A stretch of 64,000 nt of DNA from Candidatus Edwardsbacteria bacterium (GCA_020053305.1 JAGVNJ010000050.1:368-64367), one strand, 5' to 3'. Counted from the first letter of the stretch, positions 1-12,395 are shown. Program-made: numbers and translations. Notes: generated by a model from the letters alone, not told the origin.

Positions 1-1811
<1,811 letters not shown>

Positions 1812-1838
1812 TTTAAACAATCATTTTGGAGTATTATA

Positions 1839-2294
1839 ATGATCGAAGGCGTCAAGGCAAAAAAACTGAAGGTTATCCCCGACGAGCGCGGCCGGCTGAT
1901 GGAGATATTGCGCTGCGACGAGGAGGTCTTTGATAAGTTCGGACAGGTCTACCTGAGCACCACCTATCCCGGAGTGGTCAAGGGCTGGCATTATCACAAG
2001 GTCCAGACCGACAATATCGTTTGCGTAAAAGGGATGCTGAAGCTGGTGCTGTTCGACAACCGGGAAGGCTCGGCCACCAACGGAGAGGTCAACGAATTTT
2101 TTATCGGCGAGCATAACCCCTTGCTGGTGCAGGTTCCCAAGGGCGTCTACCACGGATGGAAATGCGTCTCCGGCGAGGAGGCTATGGTGATAAATTGTCC
2201 CTCCGAGGCCTACAATTATTCCCAGCCCGACGAATACCGGCTGGACCCCCACCAGAACGATATTCCATATAAATGGGAACGCAAGGACGGGTAA
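1839..2294 (+). CDS. dTDP-4-dehydrorhamnose 3,5-epimerase-like cupin (short RmlC-type sugar epimerase)
   Basis: About 150-aa cupin with the RmlC-like pattern (ERGRLMEI, GWHYHK, VYHGW). Sits between two dehydratase genes. Confidence 0.6.
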   Translation: MIEGVKAKKLKVIPDERGRLMEILRCDEEVFDKFGQVYLSTTYPGVVKGWHYHKVQTDNIVCVKGMLKLVLFDNREGSATNGEVNEFFIGEHNPLLVQVPKGVYHGWKCVSGEEAMVINCPSEAYNYSQPDEYRLDPHQNDIPYKWERKDG

Positions 2295-2372
2295 CTTTAA
2301 GGGGTCTGATCACAGGGAACAGATATTTGGGACCAAAAAACACTGAACCGTAAACATCTAGATGTATCAATC

Positions 2373-3383
2373 ATGGCCAAAACAATTTTAATTACCGGCG
2401 GGGCGGGGTTCATCGGCAGCAATTTCGTCCGCTTGATGCTTGGTAAATATCCCGATTATAATATAATCAATTTGGACAAGCTGACCTATGCCGGGAACTT
2501 AGAGAACCTAAAGGATATTCAATCCCATAAGAATTACCGGTTCGTCCAGGGCGATATCTGCGATGCCCAGCTAATCGACGGCCTGATGCAGGATGTTGAC
2601 TGGGTGGTCAATTTTGCCGCCGAGACCCATGTGGATCGCTCGGTGGACGATCCCTTCGTCTTCACCCTGACCAACGTCATCGGCACCCATACCCTGCTGG
2701 AATATGCCCGTCGCCACCGGGTCAAGGGGTTCATCCAGATCGGGACCGACGAGGTCTACGGCAGCGTGGAGACGGGCTCTTCCGTTGAGACCGATATTCT
2801 CGATCCCCGCAGCCCCTACTCGTCGTCCAAGGCGGCCGGGGATCTGCTGGCTCTTTCCTATCACACCACCTTCGGGATGGATGTCCGGGTAACCCGCTGC
2901 ACCAACAACTACGGGCCCTATCAATTCCCGGAGAAGCTGATCCCCTTCTTCGTCACCAACGCCCTGGAGGACCGGGAACTTCCCATCTACGGCGACGGCC
3001 GGAACGTCCGGGACTGGCTGTATGTGGAGGATCATTGCGATGCCATTGATTTTATCCTGCACCACGGGAGGGCCGGGGATATCTACAACATCGGGGGCGG
3101 GCAGGAGATGGAGAATATCCAGATTACCGATATCATACTTAAAGAGTTGAAAAAGCCCGAAACTCTAAAAAAATATGTCAAAGATAGGCCGGGACACGAC
3201 CGGCGGTATTCACTGGATATCTCCAAGATGCTTAAACTGGGCTGGAAGCCCCGGCATACTTTTGATGCAGCCATCAAGGAGACCATTCAATGGTACATCG
3301 TTAACGAGCAATGGTGGCGCAACATCAAGGATGGTAAACGGGAATTCAAGGATTTCAAGGATCGCTGGTACAAGGAAAGATAA
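2373..3383 (+). CDS. rfbB: dTDP-glucose 4,6-dehydratase
   Basis: Classic RmlB N-terminus ILITGGAGFIGSNFVR, followed by the YNIINLDKLTYAGNLENL motif, then the catalytic YSSSK. Confidence 0.85.
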   Translation: MAKTILITGGAGFIGSNFVRLMLGKYPDYNIINLDKLTYAGNLENLKDIQSHKNYRFVQGDICDAQLIDGLMQDVDWVVNFAAETHVDRSVDDPFVFTLTNVIGTHTLLEYARRHRVKGFIQIGTDEVYGSVETGSSVETDILDPRSPYSSSKAAGDLLALSYHTTFGMDVRVTRCTNNYGPYQFPEKLIPFFVTNALEDRELPIYGDGRNVRDWLYVEDHCDAIDFILHHGRAGDIYNIGGGQEMENIQITDIILKELKKPETLKKYVKDRPGHDRRYSLDISKMLKLGWKPRHTFDAAIKETIQWYIVNEQWWRNIKDGKREFKDFKDRWYKER

Positions 3384-3395
3384 CAATAAATTTAA

Positions 3396-4724
3396 ATGTA
3401 TATCAAGGTGTTTCCCATGGAACTTAAGCAAAAAATAGAGACCCGCCGCGCCAGAATAGCAGTAATAGGCCTGGGCTATGTTGGTTTGCCCCTGGCGGTG
3501 GAGTTTGCCAGGGCCGGCTTCGAGGTGCTGGGCATTGACCTGGACCAAAAAAAGGTTGCCAACATCAACAAGGGTAAGAATTACATCATCGATGTCAATG
3601 ATAAACACCTGAAGGATGTGGTCTCCCATGGCAAACTTAAGGCCACCACCGATTACGGCGTTCTCAAGAAATGCGATGCCGTCCACATCTGCGTCCCCAC
3701 GCCGTTCACCGCCACCAAGGATCCCGATATCAGCTATATAATCAATTCAGCCCAGGGCATTGCCAAACATCTTCACAAGGGGATGCTGGTGATCCTGAAA
3801 AGCACCACCTATCCGGAGACCACCACCAAGGTGGTCAAACCAATATTGGAGAAGACCGGCCTGGTGGCCGGCAAGGATTTTTACCTGGCCTTCTCCCCGG
3901 AGCGGATAGATCCCGGCAACCAGAAATTCACCACCGCCACCACCCCCACCGTGGTGGGGGGCTACACCCCGGCCTGCGGCCAGATGGCCAAACTGATGTA
4001 TAATCAGATCATCGAGAAGATAGTGATGGTCTCCTCGCCGTCCACCGCCGAGATGACCAAATTGCTGGAGAATATCTTTCGCAGCGTCAACATCGCCCTG
4101 GTCAACGAACTGGCCTGTCTGTGCGAAAGAATGGACCGGGTGGACATGTGGGAGGTGGTGGATGCCGCCGCCACCAAGCCCTACGGCTTCATGCCGTTCT
4201 ATCCCGGCCCCGGCCTGGGCGGACACTGCATTCCCATCGATCCCTACTATCTGGCCTGGAAGGCCAAGGAGTACGATTTTCACACCGATTTCATCGAGCT
4301 GGCGGCCGAGACCAATGAAAACATGCCCTATCATGTGGTCAACAAGGTGATCGCCGCCTTAAGCGACAAGGGAATGGCCGCCTCCAGGTCCAAGGTGCTG
4401 GTGCTGGGGGTGGCTTTCAAGCGGGACATTGACGATGTTCGCAGTTCCCCGGCCATCAAGATCATCGAGCTTTTGGCCCCCAAGGTGAAATCCCTGATCT
4501 ACAACGACCCGTTCGTACCGGAGCTGGAAACCGGATGGAAAAAAATGAGATCCACCAAGCTGACGCAACAACTGATCAAATCGGTCGATTGTATTCTGAT
4601 CACTACCGATCATACTTGTTATGATTTTAACATGATTGTCAAGAATGCCAAGCTGGTGGTGGACACCCGGAATGCCACCAAGAAGATAAAAAGCGGCAAG
4701 GTGGTCAAGATCGGCCGCAAATAA
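3396..4724 (+). CDS. Nucleotide-sugar dehydrogenase (UDP-N-acetyl-D-mannosamine/glucosamine dehydrogenase family)
   Basis: NAD-binding IAVIGLGYVGLP motif and catalytic GGHCIPID cysteine motif of the UDP-glucose/GDP-mannose dehydrogenase family. An alternative start at 3417 is possible. Confidence 0.8.
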   Translation: MYIKVFPMELKQKIETRRARIAVIGLGYVGLPLAVEFARAGFEVLGIDLDQKKVANINKGKNYIIDVNDKHLKDVVSHGKLKATTDYGVLKKCDAVHICVPTPFTATKDPDISYIINSAQGIAKHLHKGMLVILKSTTYPETTTKVVKPILEKTGLVAGKDFYLAFSPERIDPGNQKFTTATTPTVVGGYTPACGQMAKLMYNQIIEKIVMVSSPSTAEMTKLLENIFRSVNIALVNELACLCERMDRVDMWEVVDAAATKPYGFMPFYPGPGLGGHCIPIDPYYLAWKAKEYDFHTDFIELAAETNENMPYHVVNKVIAALSDKGMAASRSKVLVLGVAFKRDIDDVRSSPAIKIIELLAPKVKSLIYNDPFVPELETGWKKMRSTKLTQQLIKSVDCILITTDHTCYDFNMIVKNAKLVVDTRNATKKIKSGKVVKIGRK

Positions 4725-4739
4725 GCGCTTTGAGCCAAG

Positions 4740-4767
4740 GCATCCCGGATATCCGGGATGCCTTTTT
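4740..4767 (+). terminator. Rho-independent terminator after the sugar-nucleotide operon
   Basis: Perfect hairpin GCATCCCGGA-TA-TCCGGGATGC followed by TTTTTGTT, immediately 3' of the dehydrogenase stop codon. Confidence 0.8.
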
Positions 4768-4781
4768 GTTGAATAATTTAC

Positions 4782-4810
4782 TTGACAAAAAACGGTTTTT
4801 GGGATACAAT
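4782..4810 (+). promoter_or_regulatory. Consensus sigma-70-type promoter (TTGACA-N17-TACAAT) for the wza-wzz operon
   Basis: Exact -35 TTGACA and -10 TACAAT hexamers with a 17-nt spacer. Lies about 225 nt upstream of the wza ATG and right after the terminator. Confidence 0.7.
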
Positions 4811-5033
4811 CAGGTAAAGTTTAACAGTATGAGGGGAAACAAGTTGCTGTATTAAAGTTTGTGGTCCGGTCAATCAATTATAGTCGTGCTTTTCTGTTGT
4901 TCTATTTGATTGCTCTTTGCCGCAAGTTTTAATATGGCGCCCATAGAGTATTCCCAAATTAGTAATTAATTTGGCCGGGCGTCTATAGAAGCGTTCCGGC
5001 CATTTTATTATGCATTAACATAACGGAGGCAGA

Positions 5034-5951
5034 ATGTTATACAAGACAAAATTTATCATGGCTGTATTTCTGGCCGTGTTTGCCGGGGTGTCGGTTGCTC
5101 AGCAGAGGACCGATGGCAGGGATCTATATCAGCTGCGAAGCCAGCCGATGATGAAGATCCAGGTCCTGGGCCAGGTCCGCAATCCGGGCATACATTCACT
5201 GCCGGTGATGGATCGGGCCTCTTCGGCCCTGTCCGCGGCCGGCGGCACCAATGAACAGGGATCTCCCCGCAGTATCCAGCTTATCCGGCAGGGCCGGGTG
5301 GTGGACACCCTGGACATGTACCATTACCTCTATCAGAATCAGCAGTCCGAGAACCCGATTCTGGAGGACGGTGATGTACTGTTCGTTCCGGTGAACAGTA
5401 ACAACGTCAAAGTGGCGGGGCAGGTGTTCCGCCCCGGGATATTCGAGATAAAACCGGGCGAAAGGCTTTTGGACATCATCGAAATGGCCGGAGGCATCAC
5501 CCCGGTGGCCACCAAGGAGGAGATCAAGATCGAGAACGTGGCCACGCCGGACGTGGTGCAGAGCATCAGCTACCGGAGGCTGTTCATAGACGGCGACCAG
5601 AACCTGAATATCCTGTTAAAAGAAGGCGACGTGGTGACAGTGCCCACCGCACCCACCTCGGTGACGGTGGTGGGCCAGGTCCAGAAGGGCGGCACCTTTG
5701 TTTTCGAACCGGGCACGGTTTTAAGCTACTATCTGGGGATGGCCGGCGGCTACGGCGAGCGGGCCAGCACCGGCAACATCAAGATCAACCGCTGGGGCGG
5801 AAAAAGCCTGAAGGCCAGGGAGGATACCCCCATCGAACCCGGCGACGTGGTCATCGTGGGGGAGATGCAGATAAAGGGCTGGCGGGATTACATATCCATC
5901 ACCGGACAGTTGATGACCATGTTCTATATCGTCTGGACGGTTGCCAATTGA
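5034..5951 (+). CDS. wza: Polysaccharide export protein (Wza/KpsD-like, Poly_export + SLBB domains)
   Basis: Signal peptide (MAVFLAVFAGVSVAQQ). Poly_export-like NPGIHSLP region. Repeated SLBB-like GDVLFVP / GDVVTVP / GDVVIVG blocks. Confidence 0.8.
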   Translation: MLYKTKFIMAVFLAVFAGVSVAQQRTDGRDLYQLRSQPMMKIQVLGQVRNPGIHSLPVMDRASSALSAAGGTNEQGSPRSIQLIRQGRVVDTLDMYHYLYQNQQSENPILEDGDVLFVPVNSNNVKVAGQVFRPGIFEIKPGERLLDIIEMAGGITPVATKEEIKIENVATPDVVQSISYRRLFIDGDQNLNILLKEGDVVTVPTAPTSVTVVGQVQKGGTFVFEPGTVLSYYLGMAGGYGERASTGNIKINRWGGKSLKAREDTPIEPGDVVIVGEMQIKGWRDYISITGQLMTMFYIVWTVAN

Positions 5952-6013
5952 GCCTTGCCACAGAGTCACGGAGACACAGAGGGAAAACAAAATTTTACGG
6001 AGTTCGATAGAAT

Positions 6014-7198
6014 ATGATCAATAGCTTTTATGACCTGCTTTATATCCTGGTCAAGAACCGCAAGACCATATTTTGGATCACTTTCGGCTTCACGGTGTTT
6101 GCATTGGTCTTAAGCCTGCTGATCCCCAAGAAATATAAAGCCACCGCCACATTGATGCCCCCGGCCAGCCAGAGCATGAGCCTGATGAGCCTGGCCTTCA
6201 AGGCCGGCATGCCGTCAGATCCCGAAGTGGGCGGGGTGGGCTTTATGCCGGGAATGGTAACGCCGTCGGACATCTTTGCCTTTATGCTTAAGAACGGCGC
6301 CATTACCGGCCGGGTGATAGATCAGTGCGGCCTGGTTAATCATTATAAAAAGGAAAGGCAATGGACCAAGGATCCCAGAAAAGCATTATATGATGTGAAT
6401 AAAAAATTAGATAAGGCCACTGCCATAAAAGTAACCGAGGAACGTTTTATAACGGTCACCATTGAGGACAAAAGCCCGGACAAGGCCGCAGAGATCGCCA
6501 ATTGCTATGGGGACGTGCTGAACAGCATCTACAGCCAACTCAATATGTCGCAAGGGCAGAGAGCTAGGGAGTTCATCGAGAACCGGGTGGCCCAGGAGGA
6601 GGTTTTGTTAAGGGAGATGGAGGACTCCCTGAGGGTGTTCCAGAAACGCTTCCGGACGGTATCCATCACCGAGGAGATGAAGGCCCTGATAGAGATGTCG
6701 GCCAAAATTGAGGCGGATATCATGACCAAAAGAATAGAGCTGGAGGCACTTAAGTCCTACAACACCAAGGATAATTCCCAGATAAAAGTATTAACCACCG
6801 AGATAGACAAGGCTGAACAGCAGTTGAACAACCTGATGGTGGGGGGGAAAGACAAAACGCTGTTCATCCCCTTTGCCAAGGCCCCGGATATAGGCACCGA
6901 GTTGACCCGCCGGATGCGCGCAGTGAGGATACACCAGGAGGTATATGCCCTGTTGGTGGAACAGCTGGAGCATGCCAAGATATTAGAGGCCAAGGATACT
7001 CCCAAGATCCAGTTTCTGGAGAGGGCCGCGCCGCCGTGGAAAAAGAGTTGGCCGAAGAGGAGCTTGATAACATTGATAGGATTGTTTTTAGGTTTTGCTG
7101 TAGGTGTTATTTTGATTTTATTTAAAGAATGGATTTTTAATCTAAAACAAAGCGAAGAATATTTAATAAAATACAAGCTTATTTCAAAATTGTTATAA
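6014..7198 (+). CDS. wzz: Polysaccharide chain-length determinant (Wzz/PCP family, no kinase domain)
   Basis: N-terminal TM plus LLIPKKYKATATL motif. Long coiled-coil periplasmic region. C-terminal TM. The last ~120 nt of the ORF are AT-rich island DNA. Confidence 0.7.
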   Translation: MINSFYDLLYILVKNRKTIFWITFGFTVFALVLSLLIPKKYKATATLMPPASQSMSLMSLAFKAGMPSDPEVGGVGFMPGMVTPSDIFAFMLKNGAITGRVIDQCGLVNHYKKERQWTKDPRKALYDVNKKLDKATAIKVTEERFITVTIEDKSPDKAAEIANCYGDVLNSIYSQLNMSQGQRAREFIENRVAQEEVLLREMEDSLRVFQKRFRTVSITEEMKALIEMSAKIEADIMTKRIELEALKSYNTKDNSQIKVLTTEIDKAEQQLNNLMVGGKDKTLFIPFAKAPDIGTELTRRMRAVRIHQEVYALLVEQLEHAKILEAKDTPKIQFLERAAPPWKKSWPKRSLITLIGLFLGFAVGVILILFKEWIFNLKQSEEYLIKYKLISKLL

Positions 7199-7221
7199 AC
7201 CAAACAGCGAAGAATATTATA

Positions 7222-8601
7222 ATGTTCAATAATACTTTAGATTTGAATATTTCACAGCTAAATAATTATATACTGAAAAACAAATTATATTTTGTTTTAT
7301 CTTTTATTATTGTTTTACTTGGGATAGCTATTCTGGTTTTTGTAGCCTTTGAGAAATGGATAAATTTAATAATTTGTTTAAGTGTATTGTTGATAATGCC
7401 AATAATTTGGCTGTGTTTAAAAGCGCCAGATTTCATTATTTTTTTTGGTCTTGTAATTCATTTTACTCCGATTGAGGTACATTCTGGTCACTATTTGATT
7501 TTGTTCTTAATGTTAATTATGTTCATAAAAAACATATTATTAGATAGAAAGATATTTAAGTTTGATATTATAGTGACGTTGTGGTTTTTATTAATTGTAT
7601 TATCACTCATGACTTTTCCAAAATGGAATTCAATTTACAACGGATTCCGGGGATCATTATATTTGTACGTTTTGCCGTTGTCCATATATATATTATTTAA
7701 CAATAATTATATATCAAAAAATGGGTGCATTAGGTTTTTAAAATTTTATTATCCTTTGTTATTGGTTTATATTATTTTACAGATTACATATGTTTATTTA
7801 GTTGGTGAAGCTTCGCAATCAAACTACGTTATGTCTTACCATAGCGGTTTTAATCTTGTTTGGGGGCGTTCAAACTATACAGCTGCGGTACTAGCCTATT
7901 TGTCGATTATAGTATTTTCAACCAGGCGTTATTGGGTATCTTCATATGTAAACAAAATAATTATTTTCAGTTCATTATTTATTGCTTTAATAGGAATAAT
8001 TGCAATTATATCCAGGGGTACAATATTAGCACTATTTGCTGGCCTCATATCAATTTTAATAATTTATAGAAAACACATTATCAAATCTTGGTACTGGATA
8101 ATCGGAATTTCAACAATTAGCTTAATCGGGGGCTGGCTCGTGGTTGATTTTATAATCAAGACAATAGAACGTTTCAAATATATGAAGTTTGATTTATCTT
8201 TCTTAACCAGACTATATATGTATAAAGATTTATTAACTGTTTTGAAAAATAATATATTTATTGGTGTTGGGCCTGAACAATATAGATATACAGATTTTTA
8301 TTCTTATCAAAACGATCCGCATAATATATTTTTAAGCTATGGTATACCTTTTGGGATAGGCGGAATTATATTAATTTCACTGATATTAATAATGCCTTTT
8401 GCTAAATTATATAAAACCCGTAAAAGTCAAGCCCAAAACCTTCCGATTCTATTTTTTTTACCAGCGTTTATGACTGCAGTTGTACATAGCCTAGTTGAAC
8501 CAACTATAACGGCTTTTGGATACGGCATGCTTTTTTGGACTATGTATGCCTTAATGTTTAGGTACATAAAAGTACCAAATGAGCTGATTGGTTTGGCGTA
8601 A
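7222..8601 (+). CDS. O-antigen polymerase / O-antigen-ligase-family polytopic membrane protein (Wzy-like)
   Basis: About 11 predicted TM segments. Low-complexity hydrophobic protein with a larger loop near the C-terminal third. AT-rich codon usage. Confidence 0.55.
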   Translation: MFNNTLDLNISQLNNYILKNKLYFVLSFIIVLLGIAILVFVAFEKWINLIICLSVLLIMPIIWLCLKAPDFIIFFGLVIHFTPIEVHSGHYLILFLMLIMFIKNILLDRKIFKFDIIVTLWFLLIVLSLMTFPKWNSIYNGFRGSLYLYVLPLSIYILFNNNYISKNGCIRFLKFYYPLLLVYIILQITYVYLVGEASQSNYVMSYHSGFNLVWGRSNYTAAVLAYLSIIVFSTRRYWVSSYVNKIIIFSSLFIALIGIIAIISRGTILALFAGLISILIIYRKHIIKSWYWIIGISTISLIGGWLVVDFIIKTIERFKYMKFDLSFLTRLYMYKDLLTVLKNNIFIGVGPEQYRYTDFYSYQNDPHNIFLSYGIPFGIGGIILISLILIMPFAKLYKTRKSQAQNLPILFFLPAFMTAVVHSLVEPTITAFGYGMLFWTMYALMFRYIKVPNELIGLA

Positions 8602-8646
8602 TACATGCATTACGCCAAAATATAGTAGCAGAATAAAGCTTATAGA

Positions 8647-9906
8647 ATGTCTCACAAAAAAATTATAATCGAAAACTTGGCTTCTTTATTGGTTTTGCAA
8701 GGTGTAAATTATTTATTACCTTTAATTACTTTACCGTATCTTGTAAGAATTCTGGGAGCAGAAAAATATGGCCTGCTTTCTTTTGCCTTTGCCTTTGTAC
8801 AATACTTTGTGGTTTTTGTAGATTATGGATTTAATCTTTCAGCCACTCGACAGATATCGATATATCGAGATGACTCTCGAAAAGTATCAGAAATATTTTC
8901 TTCAGTAATGGTTATAAAAACCATATTGACAGCTATTAGCTGTCTGCTGTTTTGTTTATTAATAGCGGTTATCCCTAAATTCAGAAATGATTGGCTGATA
9001 TACTTGGCAAGTTTTATAGCTGTAATTGGGAATTTATTGTACCCGGTATGGTTCTATCAGGGTATGGAAAAAATGAAATATATTGCCGTAGTGAACTCTG
9101 TTGCTAAAATACTAATTACGTTAACAATATTTATTTTTGTAAAAAAACAATCGGATTTAATAGTGGCTGTTTTAATACAAAGTGCTGGAACGGTTTTTGC
9201 GGGTATTTTAGGAATATTGTTTGTAAAAGAAATATGCAGTTTGATCTATATTAAACCAACCCTAAAATCATTGAAAATTACATTGGATGAGGGGTGGCCC
9301 ATTTTTGTATCTTTAATGTCTGTTAACTTGTTTACTAATACAAATATATTTATTCTCGGAATATTTACCAATAACCAAACAGTAGGATATTTTTCGATAG
9401 GTTATAAAATTGTTTCAGTTATACACAATCTGGTTAATCCAATATCCAGCGCAATATTTCCAAGAGTAAGTACTCTTTTTCAGGAATCTAAAGAGGAAGC
9501 TCTAAGATTTTTAAGGAAAATCATGATACTGGGCAGCATTGTATTTGTTCTATTATCATTACTATTGTTTTTTGGGGCTGATATCGCAGTAAGAGTAATA
9601 ACGGGGCAATATATTAGTAAAATTAGTATATTAATACGGATTATGTCCTTGCTGCCAATTTTAACTTTTATTGATAATATTTATGGTACGCAAATAATGT
9701 TAAACAACAATATGAGTAAAATATTTATGCGCGCGTTAGTTATAGGTGGCATTTTTTCGATTGTTTCGGCGTTGTTATTAGTCCCCATAATGGATTCGTA
9801 TGGTGCCGCAATTGTATTGTTGCTTTCTGAAATAGTCGTTCTCTCGTTAATGTATTTCCCTGTAAAAAGAAAAAATATTATGCTGTTTTCCTTAAAATAT
9901 GAATAA
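8647..9906 (+). CDS. wzx: Oligosaccharide flippase (Wzx, MOP superfamily), AT-rich copy
   Basis: 12-TM pattern. N-terminal block LQGVNYLLPLITLPYLVRILGAEKYG...DYGFNLSATRQIS is typical of polysaccharide-biosynthesis flippases and is paralogous to the ORF at 17123. Confidence 0.8.
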   Translation: MSHKKIIIENLASLLVLQGVNYLLPLITLPYLVRILGAEKYGLLSFAFAFVQYFVVFVDYGFNLSATRQISIYRDDSRKVSEIFSSVMVIKTILTAISCLLFCLLIAVIPKFRNDWLIYLASFIAVIGNLLYPVWFYQGMEKMKYIAVVNSVAKILITLTIFIFVKKQSDLIVAVLIQSAGTVFAGILGILFVKEICSLIYIKPTLKSLKITLDEGWPIFVSLMSVNLFTNTNIFILGIFTNNQTVGYFSIGYKIVSVIHNLVNPISSAIFPRVSTLFQESKEEALRFLRKIMILGSIVFVLLSLLLFFGADIAVRVITGQYISKISILIRIMSLLPILTFIDNIYGTQIMLNNNMSKIFMRALVIGGIFSIVSALLLVPIMDSYGAAIVLLLSEIVVLSLMYFPVKRKNIMLFSLKYE

Positions 9907-10909
9907 GGTAATTATAATTATAATTAATTATAATAGAAGTAAAATAACAATAGAATGCCTTGAAAGTTTATTTCTTTTGACTTATAAACACTATCAAATA
10001 GTAGTGGTCGATAATAATTCACAAGATGCCTCTGTAAAAGAATTGAATGCTTGGTTGTATAATAAATATGATGAAAGTGAAAGGCGCAACGATAATCATG
10101 ATTATGGAATTAAGAATATACGATTGTATTATAATATAATTAAAGGAAAGAAAATATATAACAAGTCGGTTACGTTAATAGTGAACAAGAATAACTTTGG
10201 CTTTGCGGCAGGAAACAACATCGGGATTAGATATTATGCAAATAAATATGATTACGTTTGGCTTTTAAACAACGATACGATTGCAGAAAAGGATTCCTTG
10301 CTGCGGCTTTTAAATAAAATGCGTGAAGCACCTTATTTGGGAATATGTGGCTCAAAAATAATTAATTATTATACTGGCAAAATACAATCCATTGGTACAA
10401 AATTAAATAAATATACGGGCTTACTTGAAATCATTAATGACGAGAATAAAGTTAATAAGATTGATAGCATACAGGGCGCATCCTATTTCATTAGTAAAGA
10501 GTGTATTCAAAGCATGGGGCTTTTACCGGAGGAATATTTTTTATATTTCGAAGAATCCGACTACTGTTTAAATGCATTACAAAATGGTTTTTCTACAGGT
10601 GTGGCACTTGATTCAATAATATACCATAAAGAAGGAATTACCACAGGGGGGAGTACCAATTATAGAAAAAGAAATCTATTTATTGATGTATTGTGCCTGA
10701 GAAATCGTTTAATATTTGCAGACAAATATTTAAAAATAAAAATTTTTATGTATTCTGGCATGATTTGCTCTGCAATTATCCGTTTGCTAAGAGGTCAGCC
10801 AAAAGTATTTTTGATAATAATTAAATTTGTTTTTGTTGCTGGAAAAGGTATCGACCAGCTAAAGCAATCTTTTCCTATAGAAAAAATTAAAAATATGGTA
10901 AATAGTTAA
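9899..10909 (+). CDS. Glycosyltransferase family 2
   Basis: GT2 N-terminus IIIINYNRS...VVVDNNSQD and a DxD region. AT-rich. Confidence 0.8.
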   Translation: MNKVIIIIINYNRSKITIECLESLFLLTYKHYQIVVVDNNSQDASVKELNAWLYNKYDESERRNDNHDYGIKNIRLYYNIIKGKKIYNKSVTLIVNKNNFGFAAGNNIGIRYYANKYDYVWLLNNDTIAEKDSLLRLLNKMREAPYLGICGSKIINYYTGKIQSIGTKLNKYTGLLEIINDENKVNKIDSIQGASYFISKECIQSMGLLPEEYFLYFEESDYCLNALQNGFSTGVALDSIIYHKEGITTGGSTNYRKRNLFIDVLCLRNRLIFADKYLKIKIFMYSGMICSAIIRLLRGQPKVFLIIIKFVFVAGKGIDQLKQSFPIEKIKNMVNS

Positions 10910-10922
10910 AATACAGCCACCT

Positions 10923-12050
10923 ATGGGAAAAAATATTATTGCCTTAAATGGTACAATAATTAGCCCGCAAAGAAGTGATGGCTTTGGCAGGGTCACATAT
11001 GAAATTATCAAAATGGTTAAGTCTAAATATAGTGATGCACTGGTTTATACAAATAAGCAAAATGCACCATTATTTAAATTAAATAATGGTGTTGATATAA
11101 TTAATACAAAAATAAAATATTCGGAAAGCAATTTTACCGGGCATGTCTCTCGTTTTTTATGGCACCAGACAGTGTTGCCGATATCTTTAATAAATAATAA
11201 TATTAATTTATATTTTTCGCCGATCCCGGATGGAATGTTATTCCCCCCTTGTAAACAAATTATTACAATCTATGATTTGTTGCCAATACTATATCCACAA
11301 TCAAGTCCTAGAATTAAATATTATTATAAATATATCCTTCCTAAAATTATAAATTCTTCTTCGGCATTGATCACGGGTTCCGAATCAACAAAAGCGGATG
11401 TGTTAAGCTATTATAAAGATATTCCTTGCCCGATCTATGTTGTTTACCCGGGATATAAAAACGATATGTTTTTTAGGAGATCGCAACAGGAAATTAATAA
11501 TGTTAATGATAAATATAAACTGGATAAATATATAATAACTGTTGGGGAAATTAGACCCTACAAAAACATTAGACGTTTAGTGTCTGCTTTCACAAATATA
11601 AATAACAATCAACATGACCTTGTTATAGTTGGCAAGAAAAGCAGGTTGGAAAAAGATATTGAACAAATGCCAATAGATTTACATGTTAAAAAAAGAATTA
11701 AATATTTAGGCTATGTTTCGGATGTCGAATTGGCTTCTCTTTATTCTGGCGCGCAGATGATGGTTCATCCGTCACTATATGAAGGCTTTGGTTTACCTCC
11801 GTTGGAGGCTATGGCATGTGGATGCCCCGTAATAGTATCTAATTCTTCTTCTATACCAGAGGTGTGTGGAGATGCTGGATGTTATTTTGACCCTTATGAT
11901 GTAGATAACATAATTGATGCCATAAATGAGGTTTTAGGAAATAAATCGCTTCAAAAGGACTTGGCTCTAAAAGGTGTGGAGCGTGCAAAATATTTTAGTT
12001 ATGATAAGATGGTTGCCCAGTTAGTAAATATTTTTAATAGACTATCATAA
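10923..12050 (+). CDS. Glycosyltransferase family 4 (GT-B)
   Basis: C-terminal [21 protein letters not shown] signature of GT4 retaining glycosyltransferases. AT-rich. Confidence 0.85.
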   Translation: MGKNIIALNGTIISPQRSDGFGRVTYEIIKMVKSKYSDALVYTNKQNAPLFKLNNGVDIINTKIKYSESNFTGHVSRFLWHQTVLPISLINNNINLYFSPIPDGMLFPPCKQIITIYDLLPILYPQSSPRIKYYYKYILPKIINSSSALITGSESTKADVLSYYKDIPCPIYVVYPGYKNDMFFRRSQQEINNVNDKYKLDKYIITVGEIRPYKNIRRLVSAFTNINNNQHDLVIVGKKSRLEKDIEQMPIDLHVKKRIKYLGYVSDVELASLYSGAQMMVHPSLYEGFGLPPLEAMACGCPVIVSNSSSIPEVCGDAGCYFDPYDVDNIIDAINEVLGNKSLQKDLALKGVERAKYFSYDKMVAQLVNIFNRLS

Positions 12051-12395
12051 AAATTAGAATCCGATTGCCGGGCGCTAAGCCAATTTACTGTCCTTACGGA
12101 GTAGAATTATATTTGGCCGAAAATACGCAAAATCCATGGCTTGGCTTGTATACCGGCCTTCTGGTTTCTGTGATTTTACGGATCAAACGGGGGCAAATTC
12201 AGAGAGCAGTCAAGTTTCTGGACATCATGACGAAATCCATTTTTAAACCGGATGACTTTATAAAAATCAACGGAATTGATTAGTTTCTGGGCAATTCACT
12301 GAATTCATGTCGATAGTTGAAATTCATTGTGGTTTTAATATTCTATAAACATAGATAGATATAAAACGGACGCGCCTATTTCATTTTTAAGGTCT

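Noticed and set aside
4860-5030. Possible tRNA or other small RNA gene in the long wza leader
   Set aside because: Hairpins present, but no cloverleaf geometry, no conserved T-loop (GTTCRANYC) or D-loop elements, and no CCA context.
12065-12283. 72-codon ORF at the right edge of the AT-rich cassette
   Set aside because: No motif and intermediate composition. It lies exactly at a recombination boundary. More likely a gene remnant or spurious ORF than a functional CDS. It is mentioned in the island finding rather than called.
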